DNA of 64,000 bases from an uncultured Clostridia bacterium (GTDB taxonomy: Bacteria; Bacillota; Clostridia; Christensenellales; UBA1242). How positions within the stretch are numbered: position 1 is the stretch's first letter; each line of letters starts with the position of its first letter. The stretch is taken from the NCBI GenBank assembly GCA_947629505.1, contig CANRDW010000001.1, positions 7,750-71,749 of the forward strand, read 5' to 3'. The translations under genes were made by a program, and so were the position numbers. This document shows positions 8,521-20,100 of the stretch, piece by piece. The notes under the pieces are model-generated. The model did no database searches. It was given only the letters and a program-made list of their open reading frames with translations, and was not told where the DNA came from.

Positions 8521-11500
8521 ATGGAAAGAAAGAAATCCTTGTTTAAAAACTTTATGTTTGTGTTTGTTGCACTGTCACTTTTGGCAACAGGCATTTTTGT
8601 TTTAAATCAAAAACCGCGCATCGCAAACGCAACTGTTGAAGCAACTGAAGTTGACAACAGCAAAGTGCCAACAGACTTTTTTGTGAAAAAAGAGTTTGAG
8701 GGAGAAAATGTTAAAGAAAATGACAATTTGGCACAGGCAGATATTTTTGCCTATTACAATCAGGGCACGACAAAAAATTCTTTCCAAATTTCTTTCTTGA
8801 CAAACGGCAGCAGTGAAACACGCGACGGTATATATGAATTTGTTTTATTCCCAGACAGCGTAAACACTCCAAATCTTTTTAAGTTTTACACCAACATTCA
8901 AGTTTCACTTTCTGTAAATGGTGAGGACATGGATGTTTCGAAAAAGACTTTTGCAGTAAGCAGTGGGCAAAACTTTACAAATTTCAACTCCACAGTTTCT
9001 GGCATTGACAACCCAAGCAGTCAGCCACAAAGTTTTGAAATAAATTTTGTTGGCGAGAATATTGGACAAGAAACTGTTACTGAAACTGACAACAAAATCA
9101 GCATCATGAAAGATGGCAAAGTTGTTGAAGGACTTTACAGCGTGCATGTTGAAATGGTGGTTGTCACCTGCAACAATGCAAAAACAGACAAATCTGAGGA
9201 TTCATTGTCTTTCTCAGAAGAGCCGCTTTCCTTTACATACAATTTTTATGTAGTTGAAAGAGCAAACTACATTGCAAATAATCGCCCAAATGTAAATGCA
9301 TCAACAAACAACGGCTTTGATTCTGTTGTGCCTGTATCTGACCTAACAAACACATATTCATATTATCTGTATTCAAACTATTCCAACGAAGACAACAAAA
9401 TTCCTTACATTGAATATGACTTAAACAGATTTGATGTCAGTGTGACAAAGGTTGACGGCACAACTCAGCGTATTCAATATGAAACTGAATCACAAGACTT
9501 TGAAACATCAGGCAATGTTGTGAAAGTTAGGTCAAATAAGGAAACCAAAAAGGTTAAAATTTTCTTCACAGATGTTGGCGATTATCTTGTTAGGATGAAC
9601 GCCATTCAAGTTGTTGAGTTGGATAGTGGCACTGTGAAATATGCGTTGGACGGAATTACAAATGCTTTGCATCCACTGATGACCTACATATATGGCTATC
9701 AGTTGAAATACACAAGTTATGACTCCACTCCTGTTGACGGCGTTTATCCAAAAGAAGATTTAAAGTGGTATGACATAAACTTCGAAACTGCAACCTTTAA
9801 AGATAGTGCAGACATCACAGGAGCATTTTTAAAAAGCAATGCTACTTATTCTCAAAACTCCTCAGAAGATTCAACCAACGGCTCGAATACATTTACAATG
9901 GAAAAAATCATTAAATATTTAAACGAAGGGGGGCCAACCATTGATGGAGAGGTAACCCCACCACCTAAGCCTGTCCAAACAAATCAAAACCCGTTTGAAT
10001 TCACTGGGAATGCCAACCTTGACAAAGAACATAGTTTTATGCTTACAACAAACACAAATCTTGGTGGCACATATCTTGGAGAACTTGATATAGACGGACT
10101 TGGAGAGCAAGCGCTTTATTACAGCCAATTCACAGGACAAGTTGAAGGCTCTGAAGGTGTGTATGTTTATCTTTTGGCATACACATATGAAAACCTTAAA
10201 GATTCACCAAACAGTTCCGCAGCAAAAAGAATGATGTATCAAGTTTTCTATTTTGAAATCACCCCTGCCCTTCAAGATATTGACGTTGCAGTTGGTGCAC
10301 AAGGTGGCGAAAGCATTTCAAAATTTGTAAATCAAAATGTTTTTGTGACAGACACAACAAAGGACGAAAGATACAAAAAAGACATAACCGTGCAAATTTA
10401 CGCGGTGGACTATGAACGCTCAGCAAGTCAGACAGTTTTTGTTGAAGGCTTTGGTGGAGCAAACGGAATTCGCTTGCAAGACAAATCCGATGGGAACAAC
10501 ACACTTGAACTTTCAGCAAACGCACATTACACAATAAGGCTTTATGTGACAAGCGAACTTAAATCACTCACCCACCCTGTTTCAACAAACTTTAACGAAA
10601 AAACAGGCTTTTTGCGTGAACTTAGCTTCACAATAGACAAAAACCCTGTTGAAAACATCATTGGAAGAAACATTGTCCAAGCGGACGCATCTGCTTCAAG
10701 ATACACAGAAGTGTCAGTCATTGAAAACTTTGCCACAAATCAAAACTTTGCTTTAGCATGGGACAAAAAGAAAAGCGGCGCAGAAACACATGCATTCTAC
10801 AAAATTTTCCCAATCGTTTCTGCAAACATTTATTCTTCAGTTTCAGAAACTGTGGACAGTTTCATCAATCAATCTTTAACAAGTGGAGGTGGAGTCAGCA
10901 CCTTGCCAATCAATTATATGCTTGACCTTGAAAACACAGATTCTTCTTGGATTCCATACTCCTCCAACACAAAAGATCAAACCATAATTTCCAGCCAGCA
11001 ACGATTATCTGGTCAGGGGCTGTATTTGATTGATGTCTATGACGATGCAGGCAATCACAGTTACAAGATGTTCCTTTTGGACTACACAACCCCGTTGTTT
11101 GCGTTATACAGAAATGGCGCATTTGAACTTACAAGCCAAACCATGTATGTTGACTCATCTGTGACGCTTTATTGGGGAAGCAACAAGAGCATTTACATCA
11201 AAGGCATCGACTCCGAACTTTATCAAAACACAACCCCAGAAAATGTTGATGCTGCAGAATTGACCTCTCCACTTTATGCCACAATTATGCAAGGCGAAAA
11301 GCCTGTTGATAAAGATGGCGCAAAACACATATATGAACTTTTGTATTACACTCTTTTCAGCGAAAAGGACCAACTTGGAGCAAGCAAAACCCAATATATG
11401 CAATACATTCAATATTTAAATCTCAATCTCACTGAAGCAGACAATGTTGCTGTCGAAAGTTATTCAAGCATGTATTTGACGATTCCTATTGTTGACACAT

Positions 11501-14500
11501 ATTATTATCTCGACAATAATCACAAAACTCCAACCCGTGCAAGCGGCTATGAAAATAATTACAGCATGAGAATTGACGTTCCTCAGTATAGTGATGGCGA
11601 AGATGAAAGTTATGAAAACATCTATCAAGTTTTAATTCGTGATGAATCCAACACAGTCTTGGATTTCAATGTGCAATACAATTCTTTGGAAGATCTGAAA
11701 ACAAACTCTGTGCAATACACAAACCACTACAGTGCAAGACAACTCATCAGTGTAAGTTTTGATGCAAGCAAACTTGACATAACCTTTAAAAACTCTGCTG
11801 GCGAGGATGAAACGCTCATCACAAGCACTATCACTCAACGTGTGGATGCAGATGACGTGGAAAATCAAACAAAACTTATCACCTATCTATCCCCGTCTAA
11901 ATTGGAAGAACCGCTCAACATTTACTTTACTCCAACGCCAGAAATCGCAAATATGGATATAAACATTCAAGTTCAAAGCATTGAAATAGATTATTATGAA
12001 TTTGAAATCAAATCAGAAAAACACGAAGATAAAACACCAAACCCAGACAAAAACTCAGATGAAACAGAAAGAACATCTTACTATCTTGGCTTCAGCAAAA
12101 ATCCTGCAAAATCAACCCCATATGTTTTTGATGGAAACAATGCAAATTCAAATTTACTGCCAATTTCATTGAATGTAGATGAAACAGGCTGGACAAGACC
12201 GGGCAAATATGTCATCACAAGAACATATAAACTTGACGAAAACTATGGCTTCAATCCACGAGATTACTATCAACGTGAATATGTTTTGATTGTAGATCGA
12301 AACGATGTAATTTCCTTGCCAGAAGGTGCGCCAGACAACAGTTCGCACTATGAAAGCATGGTTGGAGGCGATATCTTCGTTGCAATGTTTGACAATGGCA
12401 ATACTGCAAACTTTGTTGTAACTTTCCCAAACAGTGAAGAGGACAACAACGATGGACAAACCCCTTACAACAACGCAACCCTTGATTCAGAGTTGTTAAC
12501 AGCGCTTACAACAAACATGTTGCCTGTAAAAGTGTATGTTCCAACATTTAAATACACAAAATATGCTGAAAAAATTTTGCAAGACAAGACGGCTGAGGAT
12601 AAATATAATTCACAAGGGCACTACAACTTTGAAGTTGAAAACTCTGAAATGAATTACAACTATCAATTCAACGAAGAAAACTTCCCTATTCAAGAATTTG
12701 CGTTATATGCAACAATAGAAAAGATTGAGAGAGATTCGCAAGGCATAATCGTTGGAAGAACTTTGATTGCAACAACTCAAAATCCAATCACCACAAGAAA
12801 CGGAAACATTGTGCTAAACGCAGGTGCATCCACAAACGGATTTTTGAATTTCACTCCAACAACTCAAGGGCAAACAAGTCATTACATAACACAAGCCTCT
12901 GAAATAATCGCAGCAGGAGAATATATTGTCAGCATTATTCAGGGCAGATACAAATCTTCCTTTGGCGAAAATGATTTTGAGAAAACAAGCATGTTTTTGT
13001 TTGAGATTCTGCCTGCGATTCCGGATTTCACAGTGCGTGGAAGCACAACGCTCACCCCTGTTTCTGATGGAACAATTCAAACATATTACACAAACGAATC
13101 TGACCTTAAAATCTCTTGGGCAGCGAGTCCAAACAAATATATAGTTGACATCGATATTGACAGCACTATAATAAGATTTGGAAGCAAAACCCTCAAAGCA
13201 TCAGAAATTTGGGGAAATGAGAATGATCCAAGATATCCAAAAATCAACAACGGCGAATATATCGCTTCGCTTAACCTAACAGAGATTGGCGCTTACACAC
13301 ACGGCCAAATTATTGAAATAACCATGTATTTGAAAAACTCAGCCGCTTCCGGAACGCTCCCTGTCACAAAGAGAATTGAAGTTGATTTGTCCGCACCAAG
13401 TGACAACGTTGAAAGACTTGTGGACAATTCAATTCCTCGCAATCTCATTTCAAGAGATAGTTTGCGAACATATTTGAAAGCCAACGGAATTGACACCGCT
13501 GCAAACTTAAGAGAAACAAGTTACAACATAAGCAGTGTTAAGACAGATGTTTTGAAATATTATTCCTACACCGTTGAAAAGAACTACATCGAAACATTGC
13601 GCGCTGGAAAAACAAGAGATGTGTTTGAAGTTTATATAAGGGCATTTACAGATATTGATGGCACATCCTCAACAAAATACAACGACAACTTCCCACAATC
13701 TCAAGAAACAGATCCAAAGAGTTTCTTAAATTCAAAGGATTTATTCACAGAAATCTCTTCTTTTGAAGGCTTTAAGGCGGACACCTATTATGAAATTGTG
13801 GAAACAGACCGCGCCAACAACCTTGCAATTTACACAATCTACATTGTGGACAAAGCAAAAGCCACAACAGACAACACTTCACTTATCTCTTACTCTTACA
13901 GGCCAACAAATGCGGATGCCGATGAAACCGCCTCATACACCGCAAGCGATTACAATGCAGTTGTAAATCACACCGGCGCAATACACAACATCTATTCACT
14001 TTTAGGCTTTAAACTCAAAAATATCAACTATTTTGGAGATGCATGGTCATTTATAGAACTTCGCACAGTTGACGGCTCAACAAGATATCTCATGAAAAGC
14101 CCACATATTGCCTCAAATATGCTGCTGGAATTTGGACTCAACGGAATCCAGTCAAATCCTGTAAGTTTGGAAAGTTTGATAGATGGGCAAACACCATCCG
14201 ACTTGAAAAATTCACTCGCTGTATATGACAGACTCAATCAAACAAATTCCATTTTCTACATCAATGTTCGAACAGTTCCATTCAACTCAGAATTGTCCCT
14301 CACCCCAACGAGTGAATACATCAGATTCAACAACGCCCCAACCGATGCGGAAATAAATGACACTGAAAGGGCAAAAGTGTATGTGACAAGCATGAGAATA
14401 ACTGTCAACAACATCGAACTTTACAATCAGACAAACAAACTTGGCTTTGCTTCAAATTGGACAAGCGATGCAAACAGAAATTTCATCATAAGCCGCAATG

Positions 14501-17067
14501 CAAACAACTTGACTTTCACACTCAACCCTTCCTTGACCTTTGCCATCAATGCAAAAATTGAATACAACTACACAGACAACTATGGCAGAAGTTACAAGAA
14601 AATCCATTTGTTCCGTGAAACAGGCATCACTCAGCCGATAACCTCTGAAAATGACTTGTATGCTTACACCGGCGACTATGGCAGACTGATCTACATCACG
14701 CAAGACGGGTTCCAATATCACTACAACACAGCAAAACACACAGTTAAAGCCTACAATTGTATAGACGGAAAACAAGCAGGCGAAGTAGATCCAAAAATAA
14801 TGTCAAATGTCCCATCGTCTGACCTTGCCGGCGTCAACACAATCACTTTCACTCATTACGCAATAGGAAAACCTTACAACGAAAGTTACATGCTGGAAGT
14901 TTGTGACCTGACAAACGGAGAAGTTGAAGAAGTTGTTTACTTCACACTTTATAATGAACTTCCAACGGCAAACAAATATGCCGATTCAAACGCACAGGGA
15001 CAATTTAAAATTCAAGACGCTCACGGCACGAATGTCACTGAAAAAATTGTTGATCCAAATCAAAGCGACTCTGCGAGATATTTCTCAGAAGTGCGCGTTC
15101 TGTTTAGAGAATATGAAAGCGCATCCAATTTGGTTAGATTTCCTGTTAGATATTCAATCAGAACTGACTCGACTGCTTGGCGTCAACTCACCTCAGGTGA
15201 AACAATCCGTGCAGAGGGAGATGTCACAGAAAAATTCTATTTGAAAATTTGGTATGATGAAACTTATATTTCAAACGAGTTTGGCAACACTGCATATGTG
15301 TTTGGAAGAGTGCCACAGTCACAAATATATGAATTCAACCTTTCCGCACTCACATCAACCTATTGGGTTGAAAGAACGGACACAGGCGAAATCTTACAAC
15401 CAAGCGGCACAGATTTCATAGCAAGCAACGGCAGACGTTACACAACACACTACATTGTAAACATCAGCGCAACAGACAGAGATTTAATTCAAGTTCATGT
15501 AAATGAAGAACAACTTTTGACAGTAACATGGGATGACGTGAATGACGTTGAAACTGCCGACGACCCTAATATTAAAAGTCAACTTTGCACAATTTCAAAT
15601 AAAGAACAGGTCGCTGGCACTAATATCCCCGCATTTGAAATAACGATTGCATTTTCCTATGTGCCAACCAGTTCTCAGATTGTAAAAGATTTCTACACTT
15701 ACAACATGAACGGCAGTTTGGATAGCACTGTAAACCTTATGGACTCGACGACCGCTTCATTTAGTTTGGTTGTCCAAGACGCATCAACTAATGACGATTT
15801 CGACCATATTGAAATTCAGTGGACAAAATACTATGGAATACAACAAAATACAATCAACATCAGTATTGTCAAAGACGGCATCACACTTCACCCAACAATC
15901 TACACTCGCAAAATCAGAGATGGTGAAAATTACAAAGAATACAACTACACTCGCCTGACATATTCTGGAAAATATTTAATCAAATTCCAAGATGTTGCAG
16001 GCAATGTTCAACAATTCTTGAGAAACAGCCCATCTCAGACCGAAACATTCACACTTGTGTTCTTGAAAGATGTTCCATTCACTGTGACTTACACGGACGT
16101 TGAAACTGGCACAAGAAAGGCATCCTTGCCAATCAAACAGGCTGTTTACAACGGCACAGTCACCTTGAATATCGACCCTGTCACCCGCACAGAATTTTAC
16201 TTGCAGACGGGATTGCCGGAAATCACAGTTTACAGAAATGGCGTTGACATTTCCGACGAGTTTGAAAGAAGAAGCACATCCTTTGCATTTACATCGACAG
16301 GCTATTATGAAGTTGAATTCTCAGCAACAAGCAGTGAAGCGGGCAAAGGAAAAATCCGTTCTGAGAAATATCAATTTATGATAATCAATCCAAACGAAAA
16401 CAAGATTTCATATGTTTACAACAAATATTCAAACTATTATGTAGAAAAAGTTGTAAGAAAAGGTGTTGACATAACTGAACAACTTGTAAATTCAATGGAT
16501 ATTGAAAAAGTCACTATCAACAAAAAGCAATATTTGACATACTTGCCACTTTCATATTTGGATGAAAAGACCGGCGAAGGTGATTACATTATTACAATCA
16601 ATTCAAACAACGCTTCAATTGGAAACACCTCAATGCCAGCAACATTCACCTTTAAAGTTTCCATCAATTCAGGGAACGCACCTATAAGAATTTCACTTGC
16701 AGAAGGCAAAAACACAACCGACCCAATCAACATCAGTTTCAATCAAACAAACGTGTTTGCAGCACTTGGTGAATGTCAATTCCAGATTCTAAGTCAAACA
16801 GGAAACAACACATTCAGAACACTTATGACAAAGCAAATCACCGCCCAAACAACAACAGATTACACCGTCACAATTGGTGATTCTTACACAGGAACATTTT
16901 ACATTCAATTTGAGTCGCCAAGTGGCTATCTGCTGTTTAGTTACAAGGTTTCAAGAAGCGCTCCATTAAATGCAGCATCAATCATTGCAATAGTCATCTC
17001 AGCAGTTGTGCTTGTGGTTGCAATTATCCTTATAATTAAACTTAGAAAGAGAATCTCTGTTAAGTAA
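8521..17067 (+). CDS. giant cell-surface protein, 2,848 aa (signal peptide, beta-rich repeat ectodomain, C-terminal TM anchor)
   Basis: I moved the start to ATG 8521; the track start at 8467 is the TTG of the -35. Signal peptide ...ALSLLATGIFVLNQKPRIANA/TVEA. C-terminal IIAIVISAVVLVVAIILII plus KLRKRISVK. Ig-like D-x-AGN motifs (VYDDAGNHSY, ETDRANNLAIY, FQDVAGNVQQF). No catalytic motif seen. Confidence 0.85.
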   Translation: MERKKSLFKNFMFVFVALSLLATGIFVLNQKPRIANATVEATEVDNSKVPTDFFVKKEFEGENVKENDNLAQADIFAYYNQGTTKNSFQISFLTNGSSETRDGIYEFVLFPDSVNTPNLFKFYTNIQVSLSVNGEDMDVSKKTFAVSSGQNFTNFNSTVSGIDNPSSQPQSFEINFVGENIGQETVTETDNKISIMKDGKVVEGLYSVHVEMVVVTCNNAKTDKSEDSLSFSEEPLSFTYNFYVVERANYIANNRPNVNASTNNGFDSVVPVSDLTNTYSYYLYSNYSNEDNKIPYIEYDLNRFDVSVTKVDGTTQRIQYETESQDFETSGNVVKVRSNKETKKVKIFFTDVGDYLVRMNAIQVVELDSGTVKYALDGITNALHPLMTYIYGYQLKYTSYDSTPVDGVYPKEDLKWYDINFETATFKDSADITGAFLKSNATYSQNSSEDSTNGSNTFTMEKIIKYLNEGGPTIDGEVTPPPKPVQTNQNPFEFTGNANLDKEHSFMLTTNTNLGGTYLGELDIDGLGEQALYYSQFTGQVEGSEGVYVYLLAYTYENLKDSPNSSAAKRMMYQVFYFEITPALQDIDVAVGAQGGESISKFVNQNVFVTDTTKDERYKKDITVQIYAVDYERSASQTVFVEGFGGANGIRLQDKSDGNNTLELSANAHYTIRLYVTSELKSLTHPVSTNFNEKTGFLRELSFTIDKNPVENIIGRNIVQADASASRYTEVSVIENFATNQNFALAWDKKKSGAETHAFYKIFPIVSANIYSSVSETVDSFINQSLTSGGGVSTLPINYMLDLENTDSSWIPYSSNTKDQTIISSQQRLSGQGLYLIDVYDDAGNHSYKMFLLDYTTPLFALYRNGAFELTSQTMYVDSSVTLYWGSNKSIYIKGIDSELYQNTTPENVDAAELTSPLYATIMQGEKPVDKDGAKHIYELLYYTLFSEKDQLGASKTQYMQYIQYLNLNLTEADNVAVESYSSMYLTIPIVDTYYYLDNNHKTPTRASGYENNYSMRIDVPQYSDGEDESYENIYQVLIRDESNTVLDFNVQYNSLEDLKTNSVQYTNHYSARQLISVSFDASKLDITFKNSAGEDETLITSTITQRVDADDVENQTKLITYLSPSKLEEPLNIYFTPTPEIANMDINIQVQSIEIDYYEFEIKSEKHEDKTPNPDKNSDETERTSYYLGFSKNPAKSTPYVFDGNNANSNLLPISLNVDETGWTRPGKYVITRTYKLDENYGFNPRDYYQREYVLIVDRNDVISLPEGAPDNSSHYESMVGGDIFVAMFDNGNTANFVVTFPNSEEDNNDGQTPYNNATLDSELLTALTTNMLPVKVYVPTFKYTKYAEKILQDKTAEDKYNSQGHYNFEVENSEMNYNYQFNEENFPIQEFALYATIEKIERDSQGIIVGRTLIATTQNPITTRNGNIVLNAGASTNGFLNFTPTTQGQTSHYITQASEIIAAGEYIVSIIQGRYKSSFGENDFEKTSMFLFEILPAIPDFTVRGSTTLTPVSDGTIQTYYTNESDLKISWAASPNKYIVDIDIDSTIIRFGSKTLKASEIWGNENDPRYPKINNGEYIASLNLTEIGAYTHGQIIEITMYLKNSAASGTLPVTKRIEVDLSAPSDNVERLVDNSIPRNLISRDSLRTYLKANGIDTAANLRETSYNISSVKTDVLKYYSYTVEKNYIETLRAGKTRDVFEVYIRAFTDIDGTSSTKYNDNFPQSQETDPKSFLNSKDLFTEISSFEGFKADTYYEIVETDRANNLAIYTIYIVDKAKATTDNTSLISYSYRPTNADADETASYTASDYNAVVNHTGAIHNIYSLLGFKLKNINYFGDAWSFIELRTVDGSTRYLMKSPHIASNMLLEFGLNGIQSNPVSLESLIDGQTPSDLKNSLAVYDRLNQTNSIFYINVRTVPFNSELSLTPTSEYIRFNNAPTDAEINDTERAKVYVTSMRITVNNIELYNQTNKLGFASNWTSDANRNFIISRNANNLTFTLNPSLTFAINAKIEYNYTDNYGRSYKKIHLFRETGITQPITSENDLYAYTGDYGRLIYITQDGFQYHYNTAKHTVKAYNCIDGKQAGEVDPKIMSNVPSSDLAGVNTITFTHYAIGKPYNESYMLEVCDLTNGEVEEVVYFTLYNELPTANKYADSNAQGQFKIQDAHGTNVTEKIVDPNQSDSARYFSEVRVLFREYESASNLVRFPVRYSIRTDSTAWRQLTSGETIRAEGDVTEKFYLKIWYDETYISNEFGNTAYVFGRVPQSQIYEFNLSALTSTYWVERTDTGEILQPSGTDFIASNGRRYTTHYIVNISATDRDLIQVHVNEEQLLTVTWDDVNDVETADDPNIKSQLCTISNKEQVAGTNIPAFEITIAFSYVPTSSQIVKDFYTYNMNGSLDSTVNLMDSTTASFSLVVQDASTNDDFDHIEIQWTKYYGIQQNTINISIVKDGITLHPTIYTRKIRDGENYKEYNYTRLTYSGKYLIKFQDVAGNVQQFLRNSPSQTETFTLVFLKDVPFTVTYTDVETGTRKASLPIKQAVYNGTVTLNIDPVTRTEFYLQTGLPEITVYRNGVDISDEFERRSTSFAFTSTGYYEVEFSATSSEAGKGKIRSEKYQFMIINPNENKISYVYNKYSNYYVEKVVRKGVDITEQLVNSMDIEKVTINKKQYLTYLPLSYLDEKTGEGDYIITINSNNASIGNTSMPATFTFKVSINSGNAPIRISLAEGKNTTDPINISFNQTNVFAALGECQFQILSQTGNNTFRTLMTKQITAQTTTDYTVTIGDSYTGTFYIQFESPSGYLLFSYKVSRSAPLNAASIIAIVISAVVLVVAIILIIKLRKRISVK

Positions 17068-17079
17068 ACATGGTGCAAT

Positions 17080-17115
17080 AAAAAAACTTCAAACAAATGT
17101 TTGAAGTTTTTTTTG
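17080..17115. terminator. bidirectional rho-independent terminator between the convergent giant genes
   Basis: A-run, ACTTCAAAC(aaat)GTTTGAAGT, T8. Confidence 0.75.
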
Positions 17116-17119
17116 TTTA

Positions 17120-20100
17120 TTATTTCTTTTTCAACTCTTTGTCAAGTTTAACTTTAGAAACAATGAAGTAGATGATTACACCTGCAAGCACAACAACTGA
17201 GATAACAATCAAAATTGTTCCAACAACTTGATATGTCATAACAGGATCTTGTGCTCTTGCTGTGAATGTGACTGAAACAGAGTTGTTTGTGCCTTTGTTT
17301 CCAACATCGTCATAGGCTTCCAAAATAATTCTGTATGTGCCAACTTCTGTGATGTTGTAAACACGATAATCGCCATCTTCATCATATTCAAGTTCGTTGT
17401 TTGAAGAGTCAACAACTTTAATTGTGATTTCCTTGTTTGTCATTTCATAGTTGTCAGTAACATCCAAGGCTTTTGTGTTGATTCTAAGTTGTTCACCAAG
17501 TGTGTAAGAACGGCTTTCTTTAACAAATCCACTCTTAACGATGATGACAGGGTTTTCGTTATCTCCGACTGTGATTGTTTTTGTCCAAGTATCTCTATTT
17601 CCGGCCATGTCTTCAACTTTGTATGTGATTTTGATTGTTCCGTTTGTTTTTGTTGGATCATCGCCAAATTTAGATTGATCAATAACTTTGTCAGTTCTTC
17701 CTGTCAATTGTTCTGTGAAACCTGCAACGTTGTTGCTGTTTTTAACAGGTGACCATTCAAAGTCGATTCCTGTGTTTTCGCTTTCCCAATTGATTTCTTC
17801 GTTGGCCTCAATTCCATAAACTGTGAAACCATGTTCTTCGTTTAATTTATTAGCAAACTGTTCTTTTGTCAAAGAATCGTCATAATCATGATGTGTGATG
17901 ACAGGTTTAACTGTGTCAACAACTTCGATTCTGTAAACATCGCTTTGACGAACATAGACTTTAAGTCCCTCAAAAATGTCTTCAGTTACACTATCAGATT
18001 TCGCAAAAGATGATACTTTGCCATCCTTATATGTTACAACTTTTCCATCTTCAAGTTTAAATACATAATAAGATTTAGTTTCTGTATCGTAATATTTAAG
18101 TTCGCCCTCATTTTCAGCATAGAAATAACCTGAAAGATCTGTGTTATCTTTTAATGTGAAGTAGTTTTTGTCTTCATATTTTCCGCCTTCAAATGTGCTT
18201 TCATTGAATGTGAACATTGTTGGCTTGTAAATGCGAATTTTAACTGTGTATTGAAGGTCATAGATGCCAACTTCTTTTGGCTCAAACAAGCCTTTAACAC
18301 CAAAGTTTGTTTCCCAGCCCATGTCTGATGCTGTTCCGTCTGGCTCAACGCCCATTACAACGTATGCTGCGCCTTTTGCATCGTCTTCATTCTTCTTAAA
18401 TTCTGTGTAAGTGATGCTGTTTGGGATTTGATAGTAAACTGTAGGTGTTGGAAGTTCAATTCTTGGATTGTCATTAAGTTGATATGTTCCACTTGTAAGG
18501 GATGCAGAAATTTGTGGTTGTTGAATCAAAATTCTTGGTTCAACTTTATACTCTTTGAAGTAAGTGATAACATTGTCTGCGCTGTCACGAGCTGTGATTG
18601 CAATCTTGTAAGTTCCGTCAGCAGAAGCAGTGAATTTTCCAGCATGGATTGTGTAAACACCAGAGCCATCATAGTTTGTCTGTCTGCTTGAATAAGAATC
18701 AGCAACATCGATTGCATATTCTTTGCTGTCTTTGTCAACACGAGTTGCTTTAACTTCATATGTCATATAGCCAACTGAATCATCTGCAACTTTAAGTGTA
18801 GGCAATACAATTTCAGCGCCTTGATAGATTGTTTCTTCTGTCATGTTGTTTTCAACTGACAAGAAAATTGGAGCACTTGAATCTTTTGTTGTGTAGATGT
18901 TTGTCTGCATTGCTGCCATTGTTGGATTTCCGGCATCATCATATGTGAATGCAACAATTTGCAATTTTTCAGCGCCCTCTGGAGCTTCTGAAAGTTTGAT
19001 TGAATAAGATGATACGCTTGTGTCTGTGAGTTCTTTATATCCATCAAATTTTTTGCTGTAATCTTTAACTGTTCCATCTGTAAGTTCATAGTCGTGATAT
19101 TCTTCATAAAGGTCTGCCAAGTTTGTGCCACTGTCTGCCACATATTTATCTCTTAAATCTTTATAAAGTTCGTCAAGGTCAACATAACCTTTTTCTTCGT
19201 TTGCGCCATCTTCAAATTCAATGAGGTTGCCCTTTCCATCAAGATATCTGTATAAAACTCTCTTATACATGTTGCTGTCGCTTGTATCTGTTGCTGATGG
19301 AGCATCAAATGTGATTGTTGCTTCTGGAAGATAAGAAGCGGCAAGTTGTGTTGAGAATTTAAGTGTTGGAGCAGCGCTGTCTGTGGTTGATGTGATATAG
19401 ATTGGTCTTGAAATATCTCTGTCATTTCCAGACTTGTCGATTGCCACATAGTGAACAAAGTATTGTCCAACGCCTTGTCCTGTTGTGAGTCCGTTGTCTG
19501 TGGTTGCGCCAAAGGTTTTGTCATAGTCAATGTATGCAAAGCCAAGTTTTGTGAGATCTTCTTCAGATTTTGCTTGAAGCCATGCTTTCAAATCTTCTGG
19601 TGTGAGTGTATCGCCTGTCTTAGCGCCTTCAAAGGTTGCTTCGCCAAACAAGTCGATTATGTTTTGAAGATTTCCATTGTCAATCACAACAAGATAGTTG
19701 TTTTCTTTAAGCCAACCGAATTTCTTTTCAACAGAGTCAAGTGTTGCTTCTGGATTTGCGGAATTATATTTGTCAACTGCTTTAGAAATCAAATAATTCT
19801 TGTCAAGCATTGCCTCCCATGCATCATCAAAAGTTTTTGCACTGTTTTCTCCAGAGAAATTGAAGATAAGGTTGTATGCATCATAGCCATCGATTGTGAA
19901 AAGGTCTGTAAGGCTTGTTGCAATTCTTCTGTTTAAAACAACTCCATTTTCTTGGTTGTTGTCGTCAATTGTTGAAACATTGTCGTCAATTCCGATGGCG
20001 TAAACAACAACTGCGTTTGGATTTGCGTTTGTTTTGAGTTTGTAGGTCGCATCTTCGTAAGTTGGTTTTTTGTCTGCGTCCACAACAGATGCATCATAGA

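Noticed and set aside
9928-9933. G6 run inside the 2,848-aa gene as a phase-variation frameshift site
   Set aside because: Six nucleotides is short for efficient slippage. It simply encodes Gly-Gly (GGG GGG) in an intact frame, and nothing else supports switching there.
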